Of a stretch of 64,000 bases of DNA, positions 15,471 to 29,946 are shown piece after piece. A program made the translations under genes and the position numbers. How positions within the stretch are numbered: the first letter of the stretch is position 1; every line of letters begins with the position of its first letter. The notes below the pieces were generated by a model, which did no database searches, had not been told where the DNA came from, and worked only from the letters and a program-made list of their open reading frames with translations. Source of the DNA: Tubiluchus corallicola (Eukaryota; Animalia; Priapulida). Where the stretch lies: NCBI GenBank assembly GCA_030141605.1, contig JAQGDQ010000162.1:1-64000 (forward strand), read 5' to 3'.

Positions 15471-17071
15471 AATCGCAGTTCTAAGAGAGACCTAAATGGA
15501 CGCTAGGTCCGATTAATGATGATTTCTCAATGACAATGCTGCCATGACTCGTTTCTTCAAAAACTTCTTTGATTTTTTATAAAAGACGCGGTTGAAAGAA
15601 TTTTAAAAGACGTTAGAAAAGCAATAATGATTAAATTTACGGAAAATATGTCTGAATTGTGAGAATTCTTAAGCGTAGCAGGGCTATTATTTCCTGATAC
15701 GCTGCAGCCCACTGCTGATTCCATGGGACTGTGAATCCTTAGTGACCATGGGATTCTGATGTTTTCATTTTCATTTTCATTTTCCCAGCAATGTCCTTGT
15801 CGGTGACGTGGCCATCTTGGTGTTACTATCCATTGCCTTTTCGTCGTCTTCAAGACCACTTCCTTCTTCGGGGATGAGAACACAGAGATTATCAGCCCGC
15901 TCTTCCTGGCTTTCTTTCTAACTGTTCCTGGACATTCGCTTTGTCTCCTCCTTTATTCATGGATTTGTTAAGTTTGTACGCAGTGTGCGTGTAAGTAGAT
16001 CATTTCGAAGGTCACCAGTGTTCTGCTGTTTTACAATGCAGGGGTCGAATCTTACTTCCATGCAGTGCTACATACGGCACCACTTGCAATATTTTCGGTT
16101 TGATATACTTGCGAATACTCCAGCCGCTCTTCGTGGTCAAAAAAAGTTCACGGACATGCTCATGCACAACATAATAGGCTTGCATATTCTTTATAAACCC
16201 AGTTTTATTTTATTTTCTTGCTGCTTGTGGTAATGTAAAAACAATTTGAAATAAAAAAAATATTATATCTTATTATAATTGTAAATTTGAATCTTAAAAC
16301 TGGTTGCCGAAAAGGACAAATATGCAACAAAGCAGTACTAACGGCATCTTGCAACACGCCACAAGGACTAAAGACTTCTTTTAAAGACAGCTATTAAGAA
16401 GAAAAATAGTATGGTATTAAAAATACAAATTCAATCCAATTCAAATCACTTCAATTTAGTTTAATCCAATCCAATTCAATTCATTTCAAAGTTTTATTTG
16501 ATCCGGTTAACTGTGATGTTTTGATTTGCATATGTAACTTATTATACGTCAGGTTGTCATTGCTTATGCTTAGAATAACTGTTTTCTAAATCGGATTCTA
16601 ATTCCTTTTACAAGGAGATTGCAAGTACCTGCTGTATCAACAGCAGCTGCAAATTTAACCTCCATTCCTCAACTGAGTCATGTAACTTTACAATCGTATG
16701 CATGTCAGGGTTATCAGTTTTAAAAGCGACAATCTGTAAGTGAATAGAGGCGGCTTACCGGGCAACCATTGACGTTTTACTGCACCACAATAGACTTAGT
16801 AGAGATGAATATTCACTGTCGTATAATGGAACTGGAAGCTGTAGTCACCGATAAACAGATTTTGTGCAAAATTCATTCTTTCCGGACAACAGGGTTTCAT
16901 TCCTGCGTGGAATGAACTAGCAATGGCTTCATTGTGGTCAGCACTTGTACTCTTTGCAGACAACAGCTTTGGTGCAACCAGTTGACGGGAAACAATGCTT
17001 AATAATTAGACTAAGAAATTTTTGTTGATTCAATACTTTTCACATCCATTTTGCCTGACTTTTCCCCCCAA

Positions 17072-17590
17072 TTTAAGGTAGTGGTGACGTTTTTACAACA
17101 CTACTTTAGCATTATTATGGACTTTCATGGACTGTTTTATTATTCCTGATTTCGCCAAAGCCTATTACCCCCACCTAAGATAATGGTAATATTTTTTGCA
17201 ATACTATTTAGGGATCTTTTTATTATGAGTATATTTTCATGGACTGTTTTTATTATTCTTAGTTTCGCTTGAACTTATTGCCTTATCTAAGACAGTGGCG
17301 ATATTTGTGATCACTATTTTAGGGATCCCTTTATTATAAATGGACTTTCAGAGTTTCCATGGTTTCACCTAAACCTATTGCCCATCTAAGATAGTCCTAA
17401 TATTTTTGCAACATAATTTTAGTCATCTCCTTATTATGAATGGACTTTTATGGGCTCTCATTATTCTTGCTTTTGCCTAAACCTATTACCCCATCTAAGA
17501 TGGTGGTAATATTTTTGCAGCACTTTTAGGGGGCCCCATTGTTATGAATGCATTTTAATGGATTGTTTATTATTTCTCAATTTTGCCTCT
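17072..17590. repeat. Diverged minisatellite, unit about 110 bp, about 5 copies
   Basis: Recurring blocks CTAAGATRGTGGTAATATTTTTGCAA..CTATTTTAGGGATC..TTATTATGAATGGACTTT..CCTATTACCC. Confidence 0.8.
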
Positions 17591-17696
17591 TATTTGAATA
17601 TGTATAAGCTCGTGAGGTTTTTCTAGCACATCTTGCCTTTCCTACAATCTGACGAAAAGTAAACTGGTATACAGCACTTGATGACATTGTATATAT

Positions 17697-17701
17697 GTGT
17701 G

Positions 17702-17738
<37 letters not shown>

Positions 17739-17758
17739 GCGTGTGCGTGTGTGTGTGT
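17697..17758. repeat. (GT)n microsatellite
   Basis: Visible repeat. Confidence 0.9.
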
Positions 17759-18994
17759 TGCAGTAGAGCTGGAACGTAGGTTTTTTCCTACGATACTCCT
17801 ATAATATTAGATTATGAACCTGCAGCAGTGTATAGATCATTCTTCGACGATTTTAACGTATAGGCCTATCACGACTTATAAGCCCGATTTTACTAGTGTA
17901 TAGGCTTCATTTGTTAGACTGCTTCAAAGGCAAGTGCTCATACAAGCACGTAAACTGAGAAAGTTGAAGTTTCTTCTGTGAAACCCTCACTACGGGTTTT
18001 CCAAATCGATACTTGTCTGTCTCCCAATAATTAACGGGTTACCATGCGCCCCATTGTTAACCCTGAAACTGTGCACGTCAAAATCGTCATCATTCAGCAC
18101 TTCTATTACAGCCTACATTCAGTGCCATGGACATGTGATCTCCAACATAATTAATTCAGCCATGCAGGAAGCAAAACAAATATTCTTAGCTGAAGCTCAT
18201 TTCAGAATGCAAACTGGCATTCGGGGTACGACCTGCGTGTTCGTGTGACACAATGGGCACAAAAAGAGATATGGGAAAAGTAAAGGAAGCTGAGATTGAG
18301 TAAACTGTAAGAGTTTTATTGAAAACAGCTGGAGGAAGCTACTATAGTTGTGCTGTTTCGTGGAGGAAGTATTTACAAACCATTTTATGTACGCTGACAA
18401 CACTTGCTTAATTGTACACGTATATACCACGTCTGTCTTTGTGATTGTTGAACTGCATTGTCGAATACATTTTGCGTAATATTCTGAATGTTTGTTGCTT
18501 TGTTATTTGGTTATTGGCTTCAGTATTTGTGGACTGTGGAAGTTGAGGATGTGCTCCGATAATCTCTGATATTTTGTCCCAGTGCTTGTTTCAGCATGTG
18601 GATCCTGTTACCGCTTTTTAATCCTTTTCAAATGTTGACTTTCTAGAGAATGACTTTTAATTCGATAAGTTTTCATACGTTTTCGCTGATACAACGCATG
18701 CAGTTTTACCTGGGTAGCTTTTAATTTGTAATATAGTTTTAAATTGCGATGTTCTTTTTACTAATTTGTTAATTTTTTGATGATCGCTGTTGTGAATTAA
18801 TGTTATATTAGACTTTTCATGCTGTAAGTTTTTATGATTTAACGTACAAACACAACTATTCAGTTTTTAAGCTGCAAAAGTGCTTTTAAAATGTTTCTAG
18901 TATTGCTGCTACTGCTGCTGCTGCTGCTGCTGCTCTGCTGCTACAGCCTCCGCCTCCGACATCACCACGACAACCACCACCATCACTACTGCTA

Positions 18995-19330
18995 GTATGA
19001 GTGTGAATAGCAGAAGTCCTAAAATTGTTCCTTGTGGAACTCCTTTTACAGTTTAACGACTGATGATATAATGTACATTTTCCTACATAATTTGACTCAT
19101 TATTGTCTATTAGTTGAGTACAGTTATTATTAGTTGAGTTGAGTGAGTATTAGTTGAGTTGTTATTAATTTGACAGAGTACTCATCAAGGCCAATGTCCT
19201 ATCATCCTTTGATATCTCCCGGTGGAGTAAACTATTAAAGGCTTTTACACAGGTCCAAGAAAGCCGCAATGATACATTCATTGTTATTTCATAAACAATC
19301 ATATTTTCATCTGCATCTGAGGTGTGAGTA
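18995..19330 (-). mobile_element. Degenerate non-LTR retrotransposon reverse-transcriptase fragment
   Basis: Minus strand gives an LDLxKAF-like motif near 19235-19260 (frameshifted) and GVPQGTILGLLLFTL near 18998-19043. Confidence 0.6.
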
Positions 19331-19787
19331 ATTTTAAAAAGTGTGAGAACTAATTAATTAGACTGCATAAAAAGCAATTTGTTACTGTAATTATTGAATG
19401 AATAGGTAGAATATAACTGGTTAATCACTTGGAAACTATTTATGAAAACGTAAATAGTGAGATGTTTTGGGGAGGGAGGGGTTGGTTAACGTTCGTGGTT
19501 ATGGAGTATTAGTTTTTCTTGCGATTTTGTACCACTTACCATACATTTTTGTTTCCACTTGTTAAAGTTTGATCTGGGCCAAGCACGATGAGCTGACATT
19601 GTCATTAAATATTTTGTTCGTTTGCTAACACTTTTCATTTAAATAGGATTAAACACAATTCATTTAAATATTTTCATTCAAACTTTTTATTGTGTCAATG
19701 TATCGTATGTTTATTTTGTTGTGACTGTGATTCCTATATGACACTAATAAATATACAAGTGTATAAACGTTTGTTTACATGTTACAG

Positions 19788-19856
19788 GTTATACTCCAAA
19801 CAGTCTCTACTCCAAACCGTCTCTGGACGCGCACAGTCACCTCCGCAACATATCAG
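19788..19856 (+). CDS. ERG: ERG/FLI1-like ETS factor, internal exon (69 bp, phase 1-1)
   Basis: Acceptor gttacag, donor CAG/gtaaaa; open frame (S)YTPNSLYSKPSLDAHSHLRNIS; phase joins 14122 to 25032. Confidence 0.7.
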
Positions 19857-22800
19857 GTAAAAATTGCCTCACTTCATAATCGCCATGAATGCGTAATGAT
19901 TTCATCAATAGTGACTCTGACTCAATGAGCTATGATTATACTGGATAATAGCCAACTCCACAACCCGCTGAGTCGACTGGCTTCTCGCCCCGCATAACGA
20001 GTCAAGAAACCCATTACGGTTTACGCACGCTCCGGTACCGCCTGTATTTAAACAATGCGTAATTGGCCTTTTAGGTTGCAGAACCGTCTTGATTCAATGT
20101 AAATACAGCCCGAGCACGCATTTCATTTAGACATCATCATCGGTGGCGCGCTGGCGTATTTGAACAAAAGCTGCAACACGTGGGCAATATAATGAGAAAA
20201 GTATGATTTATATAACGCACGCATCCTGTACGAGTACAACAAATGCTAATTATTTATTTAAAATGAGTGTTCGTGCGTGCGCATGTGTGTGTGAGCATGC
20301 TTACAGGCACTCCATGCAGAACCATACTTATACGTGTATATACGAAAATTTTCAAGTTTTAGCTCATTTCGCACCAATATTATTTTCCAGCCCGTTGACG
20401 TGAAGACTTATTTCAGTATGAACGTTAATGTTTAGCTGCTTTAGCAAATGGGTAAAGAACGGGCTAATGGGGTACACTGTAAAAAAATCTACACATTTCT
20501 GTTTTTGTACCTTTGGACACTGATTGTTTATGATTTTTTATATTATAATACCAAACGCCCGAGTTTCTTGCATGCTACAACACTTCGTAGATGTGCAATA
20601 ATCAAAATTTTATCTCTCAGCCCATACACTAACACTAAATTACAAAAGTCGTGCATTTAAAGGAAAGGATAAATCACTCAGCATGTTTATTTTATTTATT
20701 CATTTATAATACATCTATGAACTGAAGTCGAGAGATTTATATGTCCATTAAAAACATCGTAAAATACATCGACAATGTATAGAAAGTAAAATTACAGCTA
20801 AAAGTACAAAATACGTAGTACATTGTTAGTACGCTATAAACACACAAGTATGGCAAATAAATTAAAAGTGCCGGTAAAATGATGAAAACTTGATTAGTAC
20901 GATTAAAATAGTATAATTATGGTAAAAACTTATATCTTACATCTTTTATGTAGGTGATCTTACATCTTACATGTTACGTTTATTTTACAGTTATCACTTG
21001 AACATAGAATAATACAACAAAGAAACTTGCAAGAAACTGGCGTAAAGTTAATTTGTTCTATCGCCGTATAGAAATTTTGAGGCTCGGTGGTTGCCACCAT
21101 TCATTTGAAAATTATGATACAACAGATGGACATAGAGACTTCTCATCAATACAGTGTGGCTTTATGTGAGTCCGCGCTGTTTAAACTAATTCAAACTTCT
21201 GCAGCTTATCTAAAGTTCATGTAAAAACATTAAAAAATAGCTTCTGTTTTTTGTAAATTTTTATTAAACTTTTGGCGGAAATTGAGGAAAAATAGGCGTT
21301 CAAAATGGAAGCGCCAAAGCGTGAAATGATCCCGACTTTACAGCGACGGTATTTTCATCACCCTTTTATTACTAAATCCTTCTGAAATTTTTCGCGAACA
21401 TTGAAATAAGCCTAATTTCTCAGAAGACTTGGCCTTTCTTTTGAGTCTGCATGCATAGAATAAAATGTGCATGTTTATGTTTACCTAATTGTAATAATAA
21501 CAAAATTACGTAGTTTGTTCCACTATATTGCACATTGCAGAAAATTGCAGAAAAATAAAATACGAAGTTATGACTAGATAAAGTAGAAAGTCTTTGGCTG
21601 GAGCATATAAGTAATTGAACTGCTTAAATTAATTTAAACGGGCACGCAGATCTTCCCATAATGCACAGTTGGTGCCAAATAAGAGTTTTTTCTTTTGGAT
21701 TTTCTTCTATTGCACTGAAATACTGCAATTATTTGCCTCAAAACCCTAGAACTGTTTCTACTGTGCAACTATATAAAAACATTTGAAGACAAGACAAGTC
21801 TCTTTAAAAATAGTTATCAATTCCGACTGTTGTAGATTTCAATAACGACCTATTTTTTATTATCATAAATTATTTCCTGTACACGATTAATTTTGTATTT
21901 TTGTGCAAAATTTTTTAAATAACTTTTATTAGTGTTATTTTTTCCTTAATTATTAATTATGCGCCAGTAACTGTGACGTTTTACTGCATAGCGCCATTGA
22001 AAGCACTTTGCTTGAATGTACGCATTATAGAATACATTTCATTTTTTTCACTACTAGAAAATATATTTATGTAAGCATGTACCTATCTACTTAGGTATCC
22101 ATGTACATGTTTACGTTCAAGTAGGTAGCAAATGCATTTTGTTCTAAGTTTTCGTTTGCTGCGTTTACCTTGTGTTATTCTAGTATTTCATCAGCGCGCC
22201 CTCAACACGAAACATGTATAAGAAGTTAAGAACAGACTCAAATGCTGTTCACGACTCAAAGGCGAAATTCAATTTGGCAAGACCTCGTTACGTATTTAAA
22301 TCAGCAAATCACAATTGCACGTGGGATGCTGATTTTGCTAATTGTCATTATTTACTCGCGCTTTGCTGCAGTCAATTAGGCCCAAGAATGAGCACAGTAA
22401 TTTAGTTATTGCGCCCGTTTGTTAATTGCGCAATTCGGGGACAAAAAACCATAAAAAGGCCGCGGCCATTTTGCATAAATCAAGTTGGCTTTGCGTGCAG
22501 GTTTTCCACATGAAGCAACGATAGACATTGAACAACGATTGATGTTAAGTTTTGAAAGCGGTTACGTTGATTGATGACGAAAAATACAGTCTGTAATGGG
22601 TTTTTCTAGACGTGAACGATACAGCTCAAGCAGAATAGAGAAATTTAAAAAGTGTGAGCACCTTCAAATGACATAACCTCGAAGAATCGCATAACTTCAA
22701 ATTATTTAAAAACTACCGCAGCGTGAGCATTTGTAAATTTTATTTTTGTAATCGAACGGTAGATAATTGGATTTCTTTAACTTAAGACACAATCATTTTC

Positions 22801-25031
22801 TCCAATGTTAAAGTTTGCATATTATTGTTGGAAAAAGAAACCTTGTTACAATATTGTAAATTCGGTCATAACTTTAAAAAGAGGCGGCGAACTTTTAAAC
22901 GTCGCCTTGGTGGCTTCTCCTTTTCTCTTGTGATACATTGTAATGCTATGTTAGAAAGAATAAACGTTCATTTTATATTTTATAAAGAATCCAATAAACA
23001 ACGTAAAGCGACCTCGTTTCATTACATCACTGTTACCTATCTTTAGATAAAAAAACAAGACATACAAAAGATAACTTTAAAAGTTTTAAACTTTACCATC
23101 TTTAGCACGTAGGACTATTTTTTGTGTTATTAGTGACAATTTGTGTTTTCTGTGTTTTTTCCTTTTTTTGCTGTTTCTGTGCCGTGAATTTTGTGCTTAG
23201 CCAAAAATAAGTTAGTGTCCGTTGTGATTTTTTTTCTTTTATCCACTTGTTAATGGCATACAGTGGTGTGCAGAAACATCGTTTTCGTTTTACTCCTTAT
23301 TTTGTTTTTTTTCCATTTCATTATTTTTATGAGATTTTTTTGTACATTGTTTCAATTATTGATATTATATAGAATTATTCGTGTGTTATCAGCCAATGTC
23401 AATAGATGTCACCACATTGGACATAACTAACATTGTGTACTACCCACGTCTGCGTTACCAGCTACTAAAGTTCACAGCAGCTTTTAATAATCTTAGCACG
23501 TACAAATCTATGTACAGACCGTCTTTGATTTTAAATCAGATTTATTTCTCCGTATATTTCGCATTATTCGAAAAAATCTGCGGACGAAAAAATGTTATTA
23601 ATAACAGCCATAATTATAATAAAATGTGTTAAAACGTTGTAGGTAATTCTTAGATTTCTGTGAATAGCTGACAAGTTTGCACTATAAGGTCATTTATGAA
23701 TTCACGATTCAGCAGACCTATAGACCACCTCATCTTAACTAAACCATTTCCTGCCGTCGAGGAAGCCACATCCTCCCCGCTTTTAACGCATACAATTCTC
23801 CTTATTTATTTAACAAGTCTTTATTTGAATAACATAAAACAGACCTGCCCATTTAATTTATGTTTAACCGTCGAGATATGTTAATTATTGTGTACACAGA
23901 AAGAAATTACAGGATATTATCAGCGGTGACTGTAATAACGCTTGTGGTGTGTTTGATTGGCTGGCTGCTGCGATCACTGTAGATCACGTGACTACACAGC
24001 GCCCTCTGCTTACATTGTTGTGACATAAATCTGACCGTTCCTTTTTTATAATCAGTTTGATTGGATAGTTTATAAATATATCTAACCCAATTCTTTGTGC
24101 TTATGTGCGTGAGTCTTGTGTTTGAACAGCAATTATTTATGTACTTTTTTATTTTTCATTCGTTTACTTTTGGACATTTGTTCATTTGTTCATTCTTGTG
24201 ATTTCTTTCTCTATTAATCTTTTGCTTACTTCTCGTTAAAGCGTTCAGATTTTTAATTTGCTTTTCCATCCATTTATTGTTTTATTCATTATTCTTTCGC
24301 TCAAGCTTCTGATTAATAATATTAAATTCTACAGTCTACTTTTAATTTATTCTAAATTGTTTATAAGCAGAATGATGGTTCGTTAATTCGTAAGAGGTGA
24401 AGATAATGGCTGACTGCTAACATTCTAATCAGCGCCTATATATTGCAGTGAATTTCTAGATGACACGCTTAATTCTAAACATCAGTAGTCATTGTTTGTA
24501 TTGTACATAATTATAACGCTAATTATCCTTAGGCCTAGTTGCTGCATGCCTTACTTGTGTATAATTATAGCATTATTTTTATAATAAAATTTTCAAGTTA
24601 TTACGTAGTTTAAAAACTGCCTAGATAACATACTAAAGCTTAAATGTATAGCAATACTGTATCTAAACACGCATATAATAAACATCTTACAAAGTCTTAC
24701 TATGTATTACTAAAACGATGTACTAGTATAGTATGAATCATGTAATTAAAAAAAATGCGGTACTTTGACCTGCATAATAGGCCTGAACAGCCCCATGATT
24801 ACTTTGTAATATTATTAACACATTGTATTATTAGGTCTGTTTATTAATGGCTGTATAATTTAATAAACACTAACCTGCTTATATTGCCCTACTTAAACCT
24901 GTATAATAAACATCCTAGTGTTTTATTATCCTATTAAAAATCGACATGCCATGCGGTACTATGCTTAGCCTGTAAAAAATGAACCCGTAAGCTGTATTCC
25001 ATAGTAAAAATTATGTTTTTTGTTATTTTAG

Positions 25032-25079
25032 ATCCGTATCAGATGTTTGGACCAACTAGTAATCGCCTCGCTTCATCAG
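25032..25079 (+). CDS. ERG: ERG/FLI1-like ETS factor, penultimate exon (48 bp)
   Basis: Acceptor tattttag, donor CAG/gtacag; encodes (D)PYQMFGPTSNRLASS(G), matching ERG/FLI1 DPYQILGPTSSRLANPG. Confidence 0.93.
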
Positions 25080-25502
25080 GTACAGAGATTTTATCCCACG
25101 TTAAAAATGCGAATATTTTCCCCATCAAATATTCCTGCGTACTACCTTAAATAATTTAAAATGTTGAAATGAACACATTATAAGTACATGCAATACTTAA
25201 GAAAAGAAGTAAATACTAGTTTTTTGCAGTTTAGAATTGTATGAAAAGGAACTAGAAGGAATTGGTATAGTCTGAACACAGTTTATAACATGTTCATCCA
25301 CCTCGCGCTCGCAGTACACGCATGTGGGGTAATTTTTGTCAAGTTTAATAAAAAGTTTGTTTAAGAAAGATTTAATAAAGCCTTTTTAAGCAAACAAGTT
25401 TAAAACCTATAACTTTTTAACCTATAACAATTAGAATAATTAGTGAATAAACAGAAGGCGTTTTTCCAAGTAAATAAATTTTATAAGTCATGAAAACGTC
25501 AA

Positions 25503-25742
25503 TTAAAGGAGAAGAAAAGGAAATTTTAAAGTATGTCCCGAAAAACTTTCTATACAAAGTTATATTACTTAGCATGTCGCATACCTGTTTGAAAGACTTA
25601 CTGTTCAATTGGAAAAGAAACTTCTTACCAATTGAAAATATTCGTGCCAACTGATAAAACGTCACTGTATCTCCATCCCAGTGTGCATCACTGATTCACC
25701 CAAAAAACAAATTACTGATTTTATTGACAAGATACAGTAATT
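25503..25742 (+). mobile_element. Dispersed repeat copy 1, Kolobok/T2-MITE-like terminus (TTAA-AGGAGAAG)
   Basis: Similar to 45390-45568(-), 48818-49040(+) and 58634-58865(+); begins TTAA+AGGRR. Confidence 0.65.
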
Positions 25743-27609
25743 TACACTTTTGTTTAGTTAACGAGGAATAACGTAGTGCTACGAATGCTCTGATTATTTT
25801 TTAAAACTGCATGCTACGTTATCTAAGCTTGTTTCAATTGACTTACCGTTAAAATTGCTATCACCGTGGGAGATCTAATTTACAAGTTTTATACAGCGTT
25901 ACTGCTAATGCAAGCTCTGTGCGCAATAAGATAGCATGTAAGTGATGCAAAATTTCAAGACAAATTTTTTAAGCTTCATTCATAAATCGTGTTTGCTTAT
26001 CCTTCATAAAAGGATTAATAATTACAGTCAGTAATTTTATTTTATTAACAAGCAATTATAAACTTAATATTATATATTAACACTTGTGGAATTTTATTAT
26101 CTTCTTACTTTTTGAAAACTGTTTTTCTAGTATCTAACGATGAATTGCGTTTTAAACGAATTTACGTTATCTCTCTCATAATTTATTTCAGATTACGTGA
26201 TTAATTTGAATGTACAAAAATCATAATGTTCTCTTTGCTTTTGTTTTGATGCGCAATAATTATGCTTATTTTCTAGGCATCTACTTTTGAGTCAGTGAAT
26301 TTCTCATTTTGTACAAGAAAATTGTCGCCAAATAACCAAAATTAATCATTCTTTTTTGCATACCACACATTATTGTTGGTTGGTCTTCTAGTTTTTAATT
26401 AAGCCTTACTGAGCCTGATCAGTAAGTCAATCTCGTGGATAAGATACCACTCTTAATGAATAGACTGTTCTTAATAACTAACTAAATTATTATTAACCCA
26501 ACTTTGGTCCACACCCACGAGCGCCACACCTATGAACGCAATAACGTGGCTCTACCTTTTATTGCTAAAACGACCTCCATTGAAAAAATGCTTATAAAAA
26601 ACCTACAAAATGATTCTCGGCAGTCATATGCATTTTCATGAAACTTATTCTCTTTATATTCGTTTGCATAAATGTACTCTTTTCGAGCAAGCCTCGAAAC
26701 ACACTTTATGTGGTAAAATAATACGAAAAGTCAAAATGGAATTATGTTATTAATAGCTCTGTGATGTCATTGAATAAATAGTGCCCGTTTATAACGCTAA
26801 ACTTAAAAGTACTGCAAATTATGTCAGTTCATAATATGACTTTGAAGAGTCCTGAAGGCTATTTTTTTATCAAGCTTCTTGTGTGAACTTTTCTCCTGCA
26901 CGTTATAATTATTATCACGATGTGAAGCCATTTCGCGTGGCGATCAGCAACATCGCTGAAGCCATTTTGTGCAAGCCTGCCGCCGGGAGGCAGGCTATCA
27001 GCTGTCAATATACCTGACTGATACAAGTGTCTCACCGCCCAGGGCTTCTTTACACACCCTGCGTTTGTGTGCATTCAGCTAATATTTCGCTGTCATGCTC
27101 AATGTCAAAGATATAGAAATTTTGCTCAGCCAACTCGGTGCAAAATCGTCCAGCAATTTTTCTTTTATTCTGAGCAACTGTTTTTGCCAGTTTTATTTTG
27201 CACTTGCAACCGTTTGCACTTTTACAGCTAAGTTTTCATGAACAACCACGAAAACCAAGAGATGCCCTTTGAACAGCTCACTGGGACTGGATGTTGTCAC
27301 TGTGATATTCAAAATGGCGGTCAAAATTAAAGATGGCCGCTGATAAACGGGGAACTATTGTAGTAAATGCGTTGCAATCATCCAGTGTTCTACAATTCTA
27401 ATAAAAAGCGTCCTTGAATGTGATACAAAGTAAACAAACCAAAATACGTCGTAAGCCAATATCATCTTGTCAGAGAAGCGTCCACTTTGAACAATTTTTG
27501 CGTTTGTCATATTGTTTTTGGTTTTTGGACGCTGTGTAGTCGGCTTGTGTAAATGTGCAAGACGACTCAAACGTTACAGAGCCATACTACATACACGTTT
27601 TCATTACAG

Positions 27610-28133
27610 GAAGCGGGCAGATCCAGTTGTGGCAGTTTCTTTTGGAACTTTTGTCCGACAGCACGAATGCCAACTGCATCACATGGGAGGGAACGAATGG
27701 TGAATTCAAACTCACCGACCCAGACGAGGTCGCCCGACGGTGGGGCGAGCGAAAGTCAAAACCCAATATGAATTACGACAAATTAAGTCGTGCGCTGCGA
27801 TACTATTACGACAAAAACATTATGACAAAGGTGCATGGTAAACGCTACGCGTACAAATTTGATTTCGCTGGACTGGCCCAGGCCAGCCAACCCACCACAG
27901 ATCCAACTACCTATAAATATCAGTCAGACTTGTTCATGTCAAGTTATCACCATACCGCACCAAAACTGAATTTTGTCAGCCCTCATTCGGGCATACCCAC
28001 GTCGTCTCCTAGCTTGTTTGCCAGTCCAGGAACTTACTGGTCCAGTCCAGGAACGAATATCTACTCTGGACATGCGATGACGCATCATCCGCCACACATG
28101 ACGTCACCGTTGGGCAGTTATTATACAGCGTGA
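27610..28133 (+). CDS. ERG: ERG/FLI1-like ETS factor, last coding exon (ETS domain plus C-terminal activation domain)
   Basis: Acceptor ttttcattacag; [78 protein letters not shown] is the ERG/FLI1 ETS domain; the C-terminus LGSYY is also characteristic; stop TGA at 28131-28133. Confidence 0.97.
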
Positions 28134-29820
28134 TGTACAGAAGTGTATCATAGGTGTATACAGTATTATTATATAGTGCAATATAATGCGAAATTGATGC
28201 CATATAAAAATATGACGTCACTATTGATACTAGTCGCTTGATTCAGGTGTGAACGAAGCTTTATGAACAATGTTGTTGTAACTATGATGATAGTAATTTC
28301 GCTCGTGGGGAAACCCGAAGGAGCAGCCGCATTGAGTAAAATATTAAATTAATGGTTGACAAAACAAACTGGTGGCCATTAAGATTAAAAGCACGTGTTA
28401 TCTCTTGCCTAGCGCTTAACGGAGGAGCGGGCAATAACCGACAAGTCACCATGTTTGGTCGTGCAAGTTAATGAACGCCTAGAATGCTTAGTTGCTTAGT
28501 AACTGGATGGGTGAGCAACTGGAACACTGTTCCTGGTGATTAATTAAAGGAAGTGTACATCCATACGAATGTGGCTAAAACCCTTCTACCAATTCAGCGA
28601 CTCATCTCACTCGATGATAATAATAAGCGAGGGTTCCGGTCCTTCTACAAACCTCAACATTGATTGTAGCCCCAGCCGTTGAGTGCTGGATCATGGCTTG
28701 CTTTAACGGTTCTAAAAACTGTTTGAAAGAATTACTAATTCATTCAGCGTCGATTCGATTTTTACTGTGCAGAACACAAAATTACTCGTGATGTAATGTC
28801 ACACATAGGAAATCAGTTTTTACTACAAACGTTAATAAAATAGAACTAATTTATTTATTTGTTAGTAGGATCACATTGTTGGATGGTAGTGATTATTTGT
28901 CTAAAATGAAAGTACGAACCCTCGGATGCCAAAGTTTTTTTAATTTATTTTTTTGCAATACTAATAATTTATGACAATGGACGGTGTAACAGATTGTATA
29001 TTCTTCTATTGTTTGCTTAATCACGTTGCAAAATTTGGTACAGAGTAAGATTAATAAACTCCGAGCACACAAGCTATTTTCTGACCGGTTTCTGATGCTT
29101 TCAACGCGTGTGAACAGCACCACGGTCTTTCTAACTAGTCGATACATTTCACTAAATTAATCAGTCAAGCTGTTAGTGAAAATAATTATCTCTGCTACAG
29201 AAAAACATTTTTGTCTCATTTTCACCTATTGTAGTTTAAACATAAAAGCAAGTGTTCACACTTAGGTGGCTTTTTTCAGTCTTTTAGTGTGAACCAGGCA
29301 TCACTATTTTTTCTGTTCGTTAATAGAAACCACTTCTTTTTACAGACATCATCAATATTAATCCTTTTCATAACAGCACATGTATTTCGTTTTGTCTTCT
29401 AAAACCGGCTTCCAACTACGGCCATCTGGCGAGCACTTCTTCACTATTTCAAACTGTTAGTTATAATTATTCAGTTTCGATTGGTTTTAGAATTTGTTGA
29501 TTGGACCTAAAGTAAAGTGAGATGCTAAAGCGAATAATAATTTACCAGCTTAAACCACAGGCAACCAGTTTAAACAGTAATAGTAATATAATTATGGAAA
29601 TGTGACACTGTCATGCAAACTTCGAGGTATGGCAATGTAAATTTTGATGTAAAAATGTCGATTATCTCTTTGTTTAATATAATACACTTTGTGACAATAT
29701 TACTTGATGTTGGTGTTTTAATTCAAGAAAATGGCATCTGACTCTGCACAACATGATGAAGTATGAATACCGCCAATTCCAGTACCCATAACGAGTGACT
29801 AAAATCAAATTTTGGCTAAA

Positions 29821-29946
29821 GTTTGCAATGCCCCACACACGAAATTAGTTCATGAAGTGGATTGGATTAGGCTTAGGATTAGGATTAATGTTAGGGTTAG
29901 GCTAGGGTTAGGTTAAGATTAGTGTTTGGGTGGGGAATTGTAAACT
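29821..29946. mobile_element. Small MITE-like element with 18-bp imperfect TIRs enclosing degenerate TTAGGG-like repeats
   Basis: GTTTGCAATGCCCCACAC ... GGGTGGGGAATTGTAAAC inverted; the interior is GGATTAG/GGGTTAG repeats. Confidence 0.5.

Noticed and set aside
27555-27609. N-terminal part of ORF 27555-28133 as a single-exon ETS gene
   Set aside because: Intronic sequence before the acceptor at 27609; the true upstream exon is 25032-25079.
29865-29925. Interstitial telomere
   Set aside because: Only a few degenerate TTAGGG-like units enclosed by TIRs; better explained as a small mobile element.
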